A DNA stretch of 64,000 nt from Patescibacteria group bacterium (GCA_036278915.1 DASUKB010000002.1:95162-159161), one strand, 5' to 3'. Counted from the first letter of the stretch, positions 47,510 to 57,682 are shown. Program-made: numbers and translations. The notes: generated by a model from the sequence alone, not told the origin.

Positions 47510-49399
47510 ATGAGTAAATTTTTTCGCAATCTTCTTATAGTGTTTGCTATTTTTATCATTATCGCTGCGGGTTTTACCTTGTTTCATTCATCTGGCGATA
47601 ACGGCAGTCCGGTTTCCATCTCGCAACTGGCGGATGAAGTGAATTCGGGCAACGTCAGTAAAATTGAGGTCTCCGGAGATGACCTGACCATTCATCTCAA
47701 GGACGGCAGTATGCAGACTTCAACTAAGGAAACCGAAGTCGCGCTTTCGGAAACACTCAAAAATTATGGTGTAGATTCGGGTAAAGTCAAAGATACCGAA
47801 ATTGACATCAAGTCCGGTGGTTCGTCATCGTTTTTATACTCAACCCTGCTGGAGTTCCTGCTTCCAGTTCTGGCTATCGGCGGATTCATTTGGTTTATGA
47901 TGCGCCAGGTGCAGGGTAACAATAACCGCGCAATGTCGTTTGGCCAGTCCTCGGCTAAAGTTTTGGAAAACTCTGACCGGCGGAAGCGCGTGACTTTTGC
48001 GGACGTGGCGGGTGTGAAGGAAGCCAAGGAAGAATTGAAAGAGATTGTGGAATTTTTGCGCTTCCCTCAGAAATTTTTTAGCCTCGGCGCGCGCATTCCC
48101 AAAGGCGTGTTGCTGCTGGGACCTCCGGGCGTAGGCAAAACTATAATGGCTCGGGCCGTGGCCGGGGAAGCCAACGTGCCGTTCTTCCATATTTCCGGTT
48201 CTGAATTCGTAGAAATGTTTGTGGGCGTAGGCGCATCGCGCGTGCGGGATTTGTTTAAGAAAGCCAAGCGTTCGGCACCTTGTATAATTTTCATTGATGA
48301 AATTGATGCCGTTGGACGCCAGCGCGGCGCAGGTTTAGGCGGTTCGCACGACGAACGCGAGCAGACTCTAAATCAGATTTTGGTGGAGATGGACGGTTTT
48401 GATAATGAGACCAATGTTATAGTTATCGCCGCCACCAACCGGCCGGATGTTTTGGACCCGGCGCTCATGCGCCCGGGACGGTTTGACCGGCAGGTTGTTT
48501 TAGATCCGCCGGACATAAACGACCGTGAAGCAATCCTCAAAGTCCATGCCAAGGGTAAGCCCCTGGGCGCGGATGTGAATATGCGTCAGATTGCGGAACG
48601 TACTCCTGGATTTTCCGGCGCGGATTTGGCTAACCTTATGAACGAGGGCGCAATCCTTGCCGCCCGCCGAAACCAAAAGGAAGTCTTCCAGATTGATCTC
48701 TACCAAGCTATAGAAAAAGTCATGCTCGGCCCAGAACGCAAGAGCCATCTGATGTCCAAAAAGGAAAAAGAGATTGCCGCTTGGCACGAAGCTGGACACG
48801 CTTTGGTGGCGACAATCTTGCCGCATGCCGACCCGGTGCATAAAGTTTCCATAGTTTCGCGCGGCCGCGCCGCAGGCTACACCATGAAGCTGCCGGCTGA
48901 GGACAAAAACCTGCATTCCAAGTCGGAATTCGTGGCGGATTTGGCGGTGTCTTTGGGCGGCTATGCCACTGAGCAGACAATATTTCAGGAAATTACCACT
49001 GGCGCTTCGAGCGACCTGAAGGTAGCCACCAACCTGGCCCGGCAGCTCGTGACGCGCTACGGCATGTCGAATCTTGGGCCTATGACGTTTGGGGAATCGC
49101 ACGATATGATCTTTTTGGGCCGCGACATTGCTGAACAAAAAAATTATTCCGAAAATGTCGCTGCCAAAATTGACGAAGAGATCTCCGGATTTATCGGCCG
49201 CGCGTATCAGACAGCGCTTGACGTTATCAAAAAATATCATAAACACCTTAAGACCATAGCCGACCGGCTTATGGAGGTGGAAACCATTGAGCGCGAAGAA
49301 TTTGAATCACTCGTGGCAGACGTGATCCCGAAAGAAAAGATGCTCAAACCAGGCCAGGCAGATCTGCCCGGCAACCTTCCTACGCCAGCGGTGGTGTAG
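47510..49399 (+). CDS. ftsH: ATP-dependent zinc metalloprotease FtsH
   Basis: Two TMs, [21 protein letters not shown]. Confidence 0.98.
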   Translation: MSKFFRNLLIVFAIFIIIAAGFTLFHSSGDNGSPVSISQLADEVNSGNVSKIEVSGDDLTIHLKDGSMQTSTKETEVALSETLKNYGVDSGKVKDTEIDIKSGGSSSFLYSTLLEFLLPVLAIGGFIWFMMRQVQGNNNRAMSFGQSSAKVLENSDRRKRVTFADVAGVKEAKEELKEIVEFLRFPQKFFSLGARIPKGVLLLGPPGVGKTIMARAVAGEANVPFFHISGSEFVEMFVGVGASRVRDLFKKAKRSAPCIIFIDEIDAVGRQRGAGLGGSHDEREQTLNQILVEMDGFDNETNVIVIAATNRPDVLDPALMRPGRFDRQVVLDPPDINDREAILKVHAKGKPLGADVNMRQIAERTPGFSGADLANLMNEGAILAARRNQKEVFQIDLYQAIEKVMLGPERKSHLMSKKEKEIAAWHEAGHALVATILPHADPVHKVSIVSRGRAAGYTMKLPAEDKNLHSKSEFVADLAVSLGGYATEQTIFQEITTGASSDLKVATNLARQLVTRYGMSNLGPMTFGESHDMIFLGRDIAEQKNYSENVAAKIDEEISGFIGRAYQTALDVIKKYHKHLKTIADRLMEVETIEREEFESLVADVIPKEKMLKPGQADLPGNLPTPAVV

Positions 49400-49403
49400 T
49401 AGC

Positions 49404-50300
49404 ATGATCGATTACGCCAAAATTTTTAAACAGGCTCTCCATTTGCTTGCAGGCAACAAGTTCTTCTGGGGATTGGGCCTGTTTTTGGCTTGGGGTTCGG
49501 TGGTAAACCAATTGTCTTACCAGCTGGATTGGAATGATTCTGCGTCCCATCTGTCCGCACCCCAAGATAATTTTATTTGGCTAGCATTGGCAGGAATCGT
49601 CGTGATTGTGATCTTGGTCATGATGTTTTTCCGTTGTCGGACAGCAATTATTTTGGCAACGAAAGCGCGAATGGAAAATAAACCAACGGGGTTTGGCCAA
49701 AGCTTCCGCCAGGCCCGCGTATTTTATGACAGGGTTTTTGGAGTCGCGTTTTACACGATGCTAATTTTATTGGCCGCGGGCATAATTTTGTTTGGGCCAG
49801 TGTTGTATTTACATTCGGTAAATCTATCCGGTCGCGCGGCAATTTTGGGTATCTTGGCACTGGTCATAGTTGTGCCTTTGGCGATAATTGCAAGCCTTAT
49901 CAATAACCTGGCGCCAATGTTTATTGTTTTTTACAATATGAAAATCCGCGAAGCCGTATCCATTACATTCGATATGATCAAAAAGTCCTGGCCCGTGCTA
50001 TTGGTGTTCAGTATTTGGCTGGCGATAATTGCCACTGCTGCGGAATACATTTTGGTCCTAATCTGGGATTCTTGGGTTGTTTTTTCCCGCCCTTTATTTT
50101 ATAATGCCGGAGGGTTTCACCTTTCAATTGTCAGCGCGGCACTGGGTGCCATAATGATTATCGCTCTTATTATTCTGACTGGAGCGATAGCGGCTTATCA
50201 GCAGATTTGTTGGACTTTGCTTTTTTCCGAAATGGTTCGGCCTGAGAAAATTGAAGAGAAGGAAGTCTTGCCTGCTTCGGAGGCTGTACAGGGTGGCTAA
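49404..50300 (+). CDS. Multi-TM hypothetical membrane protein
   Basis: 298 aa, about 6-7 TMs; directly after ftsH. Confidence 0.75.
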   Translation: MIDYAKIFKQALHLLAGNKFFWGLGLFLAWGSVVNQLSYQLDWNDSASHLSAPQDNFIWLALAGIVVIVILVMMFFRCRTAIILATKARMENKPTGFGQSFRQARVFYDRVFGVAFYTMLILLAAGIILFGPVLYLHSVNLSGRAAILGILALVIVVPLAIIASLINNLAPMFIVFYNMKIREAVSITFDMIKKSWPVLLVFSIWLAIIATAAEYILVLIWDSWVVFSRPLFYNAGGFHLSIVSAALGAIMIIALIILTGAIAAYQQICWTLLFSEMVRPEKIEEKEVLPASEAVQGG

Positions 50301-50316
50301 ATTCGCGCGAAGATAC

Positions 50317-50391
50317 GGACGGTTAGCTCAGTGGTAGAGCATCTCTTTGACGTAGAGAGGGTCGCTGGTTCGATCCCAGCACCGTCCACCA
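50317..50391 (+). tRNA. tRNA-Val(GAC)
   Basis: GGACGGT/ACCGTCC, loop TTGACGT, CCA. Confidence 0.95.
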
Positions 50392-50393
50392 GG

Positions 50394-50468
50394 GAAGGTT
50401 CTCCGCCAACAATAACTATCCTTATGAGGCGGATCCGCCTCAGGCGGAAAGTCCTCTACCGTCCACCA
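50394..50468 (+). pseudogene. Second tRNA-Val 3' half whose T-loop is split by a double-hairpin element
   Basis: GAAGGTTC[50402-50448]AAGTCCTCTACCGTCCACCA. Confidence 0.75.
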
Positions 50469-50474
50469 GAAAAC

Positions 50475-50603
50475 GCTCGGGCCAGAAAAATTTTTTCCCG
50501 AACGCAAAAATCTAGAATTTTTATACACCTTAAGGTGGATTTTTGCTCTATTGCAATTTCTGAGGAAATCACAAGGAGTCGGAAAAATTTTTCTGGTCCT
50601 CGC
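50475..50603 (+). repeat. GCTCGG...CCTCGC long-stem element, divergent third member
   Basis: gctcgggccagaaaaatttttt...aaaaatttttctggtcctcgc, placed after CCAGAAAAC like the other two. Confidence 0.7.
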
Positions 50604-50690
50604 TTAGAATTAATTAAGAATTAGGGGCTCGGATCAGTTGGGAAAGGGTTCTTAACTGTTTCGTACTTCGAAATTCCAGAAAGAATTTCA

Positions 50691-51374
50691 ATGGGTTTAC
50701 CAGAACTGGAAAATAAAATCAAAATCCAATTCAAGGACAAGAATTTGCTGCAGTCGGCTCTGACGCATCGTTCGTATCTTAATGAAAACCGTAAATGGCC
50801 GCTGCCACACAACGAACGCCTGGAGTTTTTGGGCGACGCAGTGCTGGAGCTGGTTACCACCGAATATCTGTACCGGAATTTTCCCAATCCCGAAGGCGAA
50901 CTGACGAACCTTCGTTCGGCTCTTGTGAATTATAAGATGCTGTCGGAGGTTGCGCAGAACCTGGGGCTGGAAGAGTATATTTTGTTGTCTAAAGGCGAAG
51001 CGCGCGACACTGGCCGGGCCCGGCAGGTGATTTTGGCCAATGCTATGGAGGCGCTAATCGGCGCCATTTACCTGGACGCGGGATCTGATGTTGTGCGCGA
51101 ATTTATCGATGGCTGCGTGATAACGCAGCTTGAATCTATATTGGCCGGCGGCAAAGTTTTGGATCCAAAAAGCAAATTCCAGGAACTGACGCAGGAGAAA
51201 TTGGGCATCACGCCGCATTACAAAGTCCTTGCGGAGTGGGGACCGGATCATTCCAAGACTTTTGAAGTCGGAGTGTTTGTGGGAGAGCGGCAGGTGGCCA
51301 AAGGCGTGGGTTCAAGCAAACAGGAAGCAGAAATTTCCGCAGCCGAAAACGGCTTGAAAGTAAAAGAATTGTAA
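50691..51374 (+). CDS. rnc: Ribonuclease III
   Basis: ALTHRSY, NERLEFLGDAVL, dsRBD. Confidence 0.98.
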   Translation: MGLPELENKIKIQFKDKNLLQSALTHRSYLNENRKWPLPHNERLEFLGDAVLELVTTEYLYRNFPNPEGELTNLRSALVNYKMLSEVAQNLGLEEYILLSKGEARDTGRARQVILANAMEALIGAIYLDAGSDVVREFIDGCVITQLESILAGGKVLDPKSKFQELTQEKLGITPHYKVLAEWGPDHSKTFEVGVFVGERQVAKGVGSSKQEAEISAAENGLKVKEL

Positions 51375-51425
51375 TGCGATACGAAAATTTGCACATGGAA
51401 TTCGTAGATTAGTATCGCAAATAAA

Positions 51426-53558
51426 ATGTATCTTAAAAGACTAGAATTACAGGGCTTCAAATCATTTGCGCACAAAACTGTTTTGGACTTTGAACCCGGC
51501 ATGACGGCCGTGGTCGGCCCAAACGGCTCGGGCAAATCCAATGTCGCGGATGCTATCCGCTGGGTCATGGGCGAACAGTCCATGAAGCTTTTGCGCAGCA
51601 AAAAAAGCGAAGACATAATCTTTGCCGGCTCTGATCGCAAATCCAAATTGTCCGTGGCCGAGGTGGCTCTAGTTTTTGACAATCGCGACCGAAAGATTCC
51701 CGTGGAATATTCAGAAGTTGAAATCCGACGCAGGATTTTTCGCAATGGGGAATCCGAATACCTTATGAACAGCAGCCGTGTCCGGCTTCTGGACGTGGTG
51801 GATGCGCTTATGCGCTCGGGGTTTGGCGCGACGAACTATGCAGTTATCGGCCAGGGGACTATCGACCAGATGATTTTGGCAGGTCCAGCCGAGATTAAAA
51901 ATCTCGTAGAGGAAGCGGCTGGTGTGAAGCCCTACTATATTAAACGTGAACGAACTACCCGCAGGCTGGCGCAGACGGAAGAAAATTTGTCTCGCGTATC
52001 GGAATTAATGAGCGAAATTGAACCGAGGCTCAAAAGCCTGCGGCGGCAAGCCAAGCGCATGGAAGAGCGAGAAGTTGTGGCCACGGAGCTCAAACGACTA
52101 CAGTCCCAATACTTCGGTCATGGGCTGCAAGTCCTCGAGATCGGGCTCGCCCAAGTACTGCAAAAGTTAGGAGCCAGAGAACAGGAAGTTGAGAAATTAG
52201 CACGGGAAATTTCCGGATTCCGCAAAACACTTGAAACCGAAGAACAGCAATCCGGCCGCACCGACAGTTTTCTTACGGAACTGGATGAAAAATTAAAGCT
52301 TTTGGAGGAAAAACGTCTGGCTCTAGCCGAGTCTTTGGCGGAAGTCCGCGGCAAACTCAAGGTTGAATCTCCGGCTGCGAAAAATTTTTCAGAATTCCAA
52401 AGGCAATTTGAACAGATCCTGGAAAATTTGCACCCTGAAACCGTGGACGAAATCAAGAAACAGCTTCGCGAACTCGTCGTGCGCTTTAGCCAGTCTTCAA
52501 ATCAAGATTTGACATCTAAGCAAAAAACTTTGACCACGGAACTTTCGCAGATTGTCCGGGACATGGAGGAGCAAAAGACCGCCCGCCAGCAGCTTTTGTC
52601 CCAGGAACGAGAAAAGAAAAGTTTTTTGACCAATGAGGAGAAAAATTTTCGGTTCAAATCCGCGGAGTTGGCCAGGCTTAAAGACGAACAAAATTCATTG
52701 CTGGTTGAGAAGGCCCGGTTTGATACCAAGCTTGAAGGTTTGCAAAAAGAAATTACCGAGGCGCTTGGGGCGGAGGACTTGTCGGCTTACAAAAAATTGC
52801 ATTTGGAGGAAGGTGTCTCCGAGCGCATTGCCAAACTTAAGCGCCAGATGGAACTTATTGGCGGCGTAGACGAATCTACGCTCGTGGAGTTTCGCGAGAC
52901 CGAGGAAAGATTTAATTACCTATCCAGCCAGTCCGGCGATTTAACCCGAAGCTTGGGAGATTTGAAAAATATTATAGAAGAACTGGACCAGGTCATTAAA
53001 ACTCAATTTGATGACGCGTTTGTAAAAATTTCTGAAAAGTTTGTGGAGTATTTCAGAATTTTGTTCAACGGCGGCCGGGCGCAATTAAGCTTGCTTAAAG
53101 CCTCAGCCGAAACGGGCGAGGACATGGCTGAAATTTCAGAAGAGGATGAACCTGAAATCAGCGTCGACGGCGTGCGTAAAAAAAAGGCGGCCAAAGAAAT
53201 TGCGGGCATAGAAATTAAAGCCACGCCGCCAGGAAAAAAACTTTCCACTATAGCGGCGCTCTCGGGCGGGGAGCGCGCACTGACTGCGATTGCCATGCTT
53301 TGCGCGATGCTGGCTTCGTACCCTTCGCCGTTTGTGGTCCTGGACGAAGTTGATGCGGCTTTGGATGAGGCCAACTCCATCCGGTTTGCCAAAATTTTGG
53401 GGACACTGGCACACCAGACGCAGTTTGTAACTATTACACATAATCGCGAAACTATGCGCCAAGCCCACACGCTCTATGGCGTGACCATGTCGGACGAAGG
53501 TATTTCCAAAATTCTGTCGATAAAGCTTGAACAAGCAGAGAAAGTGGGCACCCGCTAA
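51426..53558 (+). CDS. smc: Short SMC-family ATPase, hinge apparently absent
   Basis: GFKSF, GPNGSGKSN, LSGGE, LDEVDAALD, ITH; 710 aa. Confidence 0.9.
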   Translation: MYLKRLELQGFKSFAHKTVLDFEPGMTAVVGPNGSGKSNVADAIRWVMGEQSMKLLRSKKSEDIIFAGSDRKSKLSVAEVALVFDNRDRKIPVEYSEVEIRRRIFRNGESEYLMNSSRVRLLDVVDALMRSGFGATNYAVIGQGTIDQMILAGPAEIKNLVEEAAGVKPYYIKRERTTRRLAQTEENLSRVSELMSEIEPRLKSLRRQAKRMEEREVVATELKRLQSQYFGHGLQVLEIGLAQVLQKLGAREQEVEKLAREISGFRKTLETEEQQSGRTDSFLTELDEKLKLLEEKRLALAESLAEVRGKLKVESPAAKNFSEFQRQFEQILENLHPETVDEIKKQLRELVVRFSQSSNQDLTSKQKTLTTELSQIVRDMEEQKTARQQLLSQEREKKSFLTNEEKNFRFKSAELARLKDEQNSLLVEKARFDTKLEGLQKEITEALGAEDLSAYKKLHLEEGVSERIAKLKRQMELIGGVDESTLVEFRETEERFNYLSSQSGDLTRSLGDLKNIIEELDQVIKTQFDDAFVKISEKFVEYFRILFNGGRAQLSLLKASAETGEDMAEISEEDEPEISVDGVRKKKAAKEIAGIEIKATPPGKKLSTIAALSGGERALTAIAMLCAMLASYPSPFVVLDEVDAALDEANSIRFAKILGTLAHQTQFVTITHNRETMRQAHTLYGVTMSDEGISKILSIKLEQAEKVGTR

Positions 53559-53562
53559 ATTT

Positions 53563-54183
53563 ATGTTCTCTACTGCCTTACATTCGGTCACGCAATTTAT
53601 TATCCAAACTATAAGTACGCTCGGTTATGTTGGCGTGACTGGTCTTATGGCTTTGGAGTCTGCTGCCGTGCCGCTCCCGTCTGAAGTTATTATGCCGTTT
53701 GCAGGATTTTTGGCTGCCGCCGGACGATTCAATTTGTTTGGCCTTGCGTTAGCCGGCGCGGCGGGTTCGCTCATCGGGTCCTGGGTTACTTATGCAATAG
53801 GATATTTCGGCGGTCGGCCGCTAGTGATGCGTTATGGCAAATATATTTTGATATCGCACCATGACTTGGATTTGTCAGAAAAATTTTTCCAAAAGTTCGG
53901 AGCCTGGTCGACATTCATAGGCCGGATGCTTCCGATTGTCAGGACATTTATTTCCATTCCTGCAGGCATTGCCGAAGAGCCGCTAGTGCCGTTTACCTTG
54001 GCGGCCTTTGCCGGGTCATTTATTTGGTCTTATTTTTTGGCCGCGCTTGGCCGAAATCTTGGCGACCATTATACTGTTTTGGAAACATATTTCCGCAAGT
54101 TTGATCTAGTAATCGTTCTCTTGGTGGTCGTGTTTGTGGCTTGGTGGATTCGCAGACATTGGAAGGAGCGTCTGCGGGGTTGA
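53563..54183 (+). CDS. DedA family protein
   Basis: ES-PLPSEVIMPFAG, GRMLPIVRTFISIPAG. Confidence 0.93.
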   Translation: MFSTALHSVTQFIIQTISTLGYVGVTGLMALESAAVPLPSEVIMPFAGFLAAAGRFNLFGLALAGAAGSLIGSWVTYAIGYFGGRPLVMRYGKYILISHHDLDLSEKFFQKFGAWSTFIGRMLPIVRTFISIPAGIAEEPLVPFTLAAFAGSFIWSYFLAALGRNLGDHYTVLETYFRKFDLVIVLLVVVFVAWWIRRHWKERLRG

Positions 54184-54234
54184 CCAAAGCCCCCCACTTT
54201 GTTATACTGTGCAGGTTATTGAAAGGAATTACCC

Positions 54235-54579
54235 ATGCTCACGATTCGATTACAACGGACAGGAACCAAGAACAAACCGGCATTTCGGCTCGTTTTGGCT
54301 GAGAAAGAAAAAGCCGCAGGAAAGAAATTTTTAGAAGTGCTCGGCCATTATAACCCAAGATCCAAAGCCTTTGGCATCAAAGATGAAGAAAGACTTAAGT
54401 ATTGGATGGGTCAGCATGTGGAATTGTCTCCGTCCGTGCACAATTTGTTGATTGAAAAAAAACTGACCGAGGGCAAAAAAGTTAAAGCCTGGAAGCCCAA
54501 AAAATCGGCAGAAACAGCTGCCGCAGCAGAAGCGCCGAAACCGCAAGAGCCGACCCCGGCCGCTGAACCTACCGCCTAA
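54235..54579 (+). CDS. rpsP: 30S ribosomal protein S16
   Basis: IRLQRTG-P-FRLV, LGHYNP. Confidence 0.95.
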   Translation: MLTIRLQRTGTKNKPAFRLVLAEKEKAAGKKFLEVLGHYNPRSKAFGIKDEERLKYWMGQHVELSPSVHNLLIEKKLTEGKKVKAWKPKKSAETAAAAEAPKPQEPTPAAEPTA

Positions 54580-54729
54580 AATATTTTTTAACCTCGGAAA
54601 CCCGGGGTTTTTACTTGCAAAGGTTGACACATCTGCGCCAAAAATGTAAACTAGGCTTACAAAGATCGGCTTTTTAGTCCAGAGCGCAGATCTTACACGT
54701 TCTTTAAGACAAGTAATTTTGAAACGGCA

Positions 54730-55056
54730 ATGGAACAAGATCAGGAATTTGTTGAATATCTGGTCCGTGCCTTGGTTGACCATCCGGACGATGTCAAAAC
54801 CGAGCGCACTGTGGATGAGATGGGGGTGTTGATTACGCTGCATTTAAATCCCGAGGACATGGGGCAGGTTATCGGCCGACAGGGTCAGACTGCTAAATCG
54901 ATCCGAACGCTTTTGCGAGTTGTGGGAGCCAAACATAAATCACGAGTCAATTTAAAGATTCATGAGCCGGAAGGTTCCCGAAGGCCTCACCAATCTTCCC
55001 GAGAAGAAGCACCTGAACGCGAACTCTCCGCAGACATAGACGACTTCAAACTCTAA
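54730..55056 (+). CDS. khpA: KH-domain RNA-binding protein (KhpA)
   Basis: LVDHPDDV, DMGQVIGRQGQTAKSIRTLL. Confidence 0.92.
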   Translation: MEQDQEFVEYLVRALVDHPDDVKTERTVDEMGVLITLHLNPEDMGQVIGRQGQTAKSIRTLLRVVGAKHKSRVNLKIHEPEGSRRPHQSSREEAPERELSADIDDFKL

Positions 55057-55108
55057 AATAAAACCCCAGGCAAACCCTGGGGTTTTGAAATATGAAATCG
55101 ACACGAAG

Positions 55109-55136
55109 TGTCGTCCCGGACGTGATCCGGGATCTA
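55109..55136 (+). repeat. GTCRTCCCGGAC...TCCGGGATCTA REP-like palindrome
   Basis: Degenerate inverted relative at 24673-24697. Confidence 0.65.
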
Positions 55137-55145
55137 TTTAAGCGT

Positions 55146-55823
55146 ATGAAATTTATAATTCTCACATTATTCCCGGAGGCTTTTGAATCTTACTTAAACG
55201 TAAGTTTGCTTAGCCGCGCCCAGGCGCATCACCTTATAGATGTCCAAACGTATAATCTACGCGATTGGGGAGAGGGCGTGCATAAATCAGTTGATGCCAG
55301 GCCTTACGGCGGTGGCGCTGGCATGGTTTTGCGAGTGGATATTATTGATAAAGCGCTGAAAAGTTTGAAAGCTAAAAAAGGTAAAAAGGGGCAGATGATT
55401 GCCTTAATGACTCCGCAGGGCAAAGTTTTCAAACAAACCGACGCGCGCAAGCTTTTGAAACTGAAAACCTTAGTGCTTATTTGCGGCCGTTACGAAGGGT
55501 TCGACGAGCGGATCCGAAACTTAGTTGATGCTGAAATTTCCCTCGGCGACTTTGTGCTCACTGGCGGCGAGATTCCGGCCATGGCTGTTTTGGATGCGGT
55601 TGCCAGATTGGTTCCCGGCGTGGTTGGTAAAGAAGCATCGCTTGCCGAGGAAAGTTTTTCGGAAAAGCTTTTAGAATATCCACAGTACACCAGACCGGAA
55701 GTATTCAATAAGAAAAGGGTGCCAAATGTCCTTTTGTCAGGCAACCACGCCAAAATCAACGAGTGGCGCAGCACCGAGGCGCTTAAGCGCACCACAAAAC
55801 GAAGACCGGATTTACTAAAATGA
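55146..55823 (+). CDS. trmD: tRNA (guanine-N1)-methyltransferase
   Basis: LTLFPE, PYGGGAGM, CGRYEGFDER, SLGDFVLTGGE. Confidence 0.97.
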   Translation: MKFIILTLFPEAFESYLNVSLLSRAQAHHLIDVQTYNLRDWGEGVHKSVDARPYGGGAGMVLRVDIIDKALKSLKAKKGKKGQMIALMTPQGKVFKQTDARKLLKLKTLVLICGRYEGFDERIRNLVDAEISLGDFVLTGGEIPAMAVLDAVARLVPGVVGKEASLAEESFSEKLLEYPQYTRPEVFNKKRVPNVLLSGNHAKINEWRSTEALKRTTKRRPDLLK

Positions 55824-56713
55824 GACTGGATAAATATTTAGTTGAAAAAATCCCAAATATTTCGCGCTCAAGGATTCAGCAGACCATCAAAGATACCGGG
55901 GTTTTGGTTAATGGCGAAAAAATTCTAGAGCCCGATTTTGAAATAACAGAAACTCATGAAGTTTTATTGCCGGAATTTAAGACTGATGATTTGAAGCCAA
56001 GTGATATTGAATTGAAAGTTGTTTTTGAAAATAATGATTTGGCTGTTATAGATAAACCAGCGGGAATGGTGGTGCACCCGGGTGCCGGCAATACCGAAGA
56101 TACCTTAGCCAATGCATTGCTTGCCAAGTATCCCGGTATTGAAAAGGTGGGTGAGCCGCATCGGCCGGGGATAGTGCACCGTTTGGACGAAGACACCTCC
56201 GGACTCATTGTGATTGCCAAAACCCAAGCCGCGTATGATTACCTCAAGCAAATGTTTTTGGACAGAAGCGTAGACAAAGAGTATCTGGCTTTGGTCCGCG
56301 GAACGCCAAATAAGCACGGCATAATCGATGCGCCTTTGGAACGCGTACCGCTTAAGCAAAAAATGTCCGTCAGAGACGGATCCGCCTCCGGCGGAAAGAT
56401 TAAACAAGCCATTACTGAATATTTTTTAGTTGCCTCCGACCTCTCTTTACAATTTTCCCTGATTCGTGTAAAATTGCATACAGGTCGCACACACCAGATT
56501 CGTGCGCATTTGGCGCACATTGGCCATCCAATTATCGGCGACGCAGTCTATGGGAGCAAATCCGATTTGGTCGGCAGGCAGTTTCTGCACGCATATAAAT
56601 TGAAATTTAAATTAATGGACAGAACCTGGATTGAACTGGTGAGTACACTTCCAGCAGATCTCAAAGAGGCCTTGTCCCAATTAAACATATCATATGATGA
56701 TCAACTCATTTAA
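55820..56713 (+). CDS. RluA/RluD family pseudouridine synthase
   Basis: S4 domain, DKPAG-VHP, HRLD-DTSG, TGRTHQIR, LHA. Confidence 0.95.
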   Translation: MRLDKYLVEKIPNISRSRIQQTIKDTGVLVNGEKILEPDFEITETHEVLLPEFKTDDLKPSDIELKVVFENNDLAVIDKPAGMVVHPGAGNTEDTLANALLAKYPGIEKVGEPHRPGIVHRLDEDTSGLIVIAKTQAAYDYLKQMFLDRSVDKEYLALVRGTPNKHGIIDAPLERVPLKQKMSVRDGSASGGKIKQAITEYFLVASDLSLQFSLIRVKLHTGRTHQIRAHLAHIGHPIIGDAVYGSKSDLVGRQFLHAYKLKFKLMDRTWIELVSTLPADLKEALSQLNISYDDQLI

Positions 56714-57035
56714 ACCAGAACAGCTCAAAGAAGTGCCAGTGCTTAAGGCTGGCTACATAGTGCGCGTCCACCAAAAAATTACGGATGTATCATCCGACGG
56801 CAAAGAAAAGCAGCGCATCCAGATTTTTGAAGGCCAAGTTATAGGCACTCGCGGCGGCAAAGCCATCAACGGCACGGTCACGGTGCGCAAGATCGCCTCC
56901 GGCGTGGGCGTGGAACGCATTTTTCCGATCCATTCGCCAAGTATCGAAAAAATCGAAGTCGTGAAAGCCACCCCGGCGCGTAAAGCTAAACTGTACTACA
57001 CTCGGGCCGGCAAAGAAGCGAAAGTCAGAGAATAA
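56694..57035 (+). CDS. rplS: 50S ribosomal protein L19
   Basis: RIQIFEG, TVRKI-GVGVERIFP, KAKLYY. Confidence 0.96.
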   Translation: MMINSFKPEQLKEVPVLKAGYIVRVHQKITDVSSDGKEKQRIQIFEGQVIGTRGGKAINGTVTVRKIASGVGVERIFPIHSPSIEKIEVVKATPARKAKLYYTRAGKEAKVRE

Positions 57036-57124
57036 AAATTACCTCCTAAAACCACCCCACTCAGGGTGGTTTTTCTTGTAAGCTGGCGTTATTTGTGCTT
57101 TAATTATCTGGAGAAAGCACAAAA

Positions 57125-57682
57125 ATGACACAAACAAACCAGATACAAAAACAAGGTTTTACCCTGATTGAGCTTTTGGTGGTGATTGCCATTATCGGTT
57201 TATTATCATCTACGGTAATGACCACGGTTTCAGTGGCCCGGAGCAAATCACGCGATGCCCGCAGGGAAGCCGATGCATTGAATTTGCTCAATGCCCTGGC
57301 TTTAGAAGAAAGCACACGAGGCAAGTTGCCTTGCCATAAGGATTACGACAGTTCCGAAAATTCAAATGGTTCTGTCAATCAGAAATTTATGAAATTTTTA
57401 GTAACAGATGGTTATCTGGCCCAAACTCCGCGCGATCCGCTCAATAAAGGAATTTATACATATTCCTATATGACTTTTTCAAATGTAAAAAAAGGTCCTT
57501 GCGGTGCGGTGGCCTACATTGACTACACCACAGAAAACCCGATCACGAGCTGTGTCGGCGGCGGAGTATTGATCAATAATAACCACTGCCATATATTTTT
57601 TCCGAGTCCCCCAAACTGTCCAAATTGGACAGATGCCGATTTATCCGACTGTAAACTCAAGGACAAGAAAAATGATTATTAA
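57125..57682 (+). CDS. Type IV pilin/pseudopilin with N-methylation motif
   Basis: GFTLIELLVVIAIIGLL, AR-KSRDARR, PRDP. Confidence 0.93.
   Translation: MTQTNQIQKQGFTLIELLVVIAIIGLLSSTVMTTVSVARSKSRDARREADALNLLNALALEESTRGKLPCHKDYDSSENSNGSVNQKFMKFLVTDGYLAQTPRDPLNKGIYTYSYMTFSNVKKGPCGAVAYIDYTTENPITSCVGGGVLINNNHCHIFFPSPPNCPNWTDADLSDCKLKDKKNDY

Noticed and set aside
14031-50603. Prophage or genomic island bounded by attL/attR at the duplicated tRNA ends
   Set aside because: Duplicated ends are only about 50-150 bp apart, mostly differ in sequence from the intact gene, and no integrase or phage gene is present.
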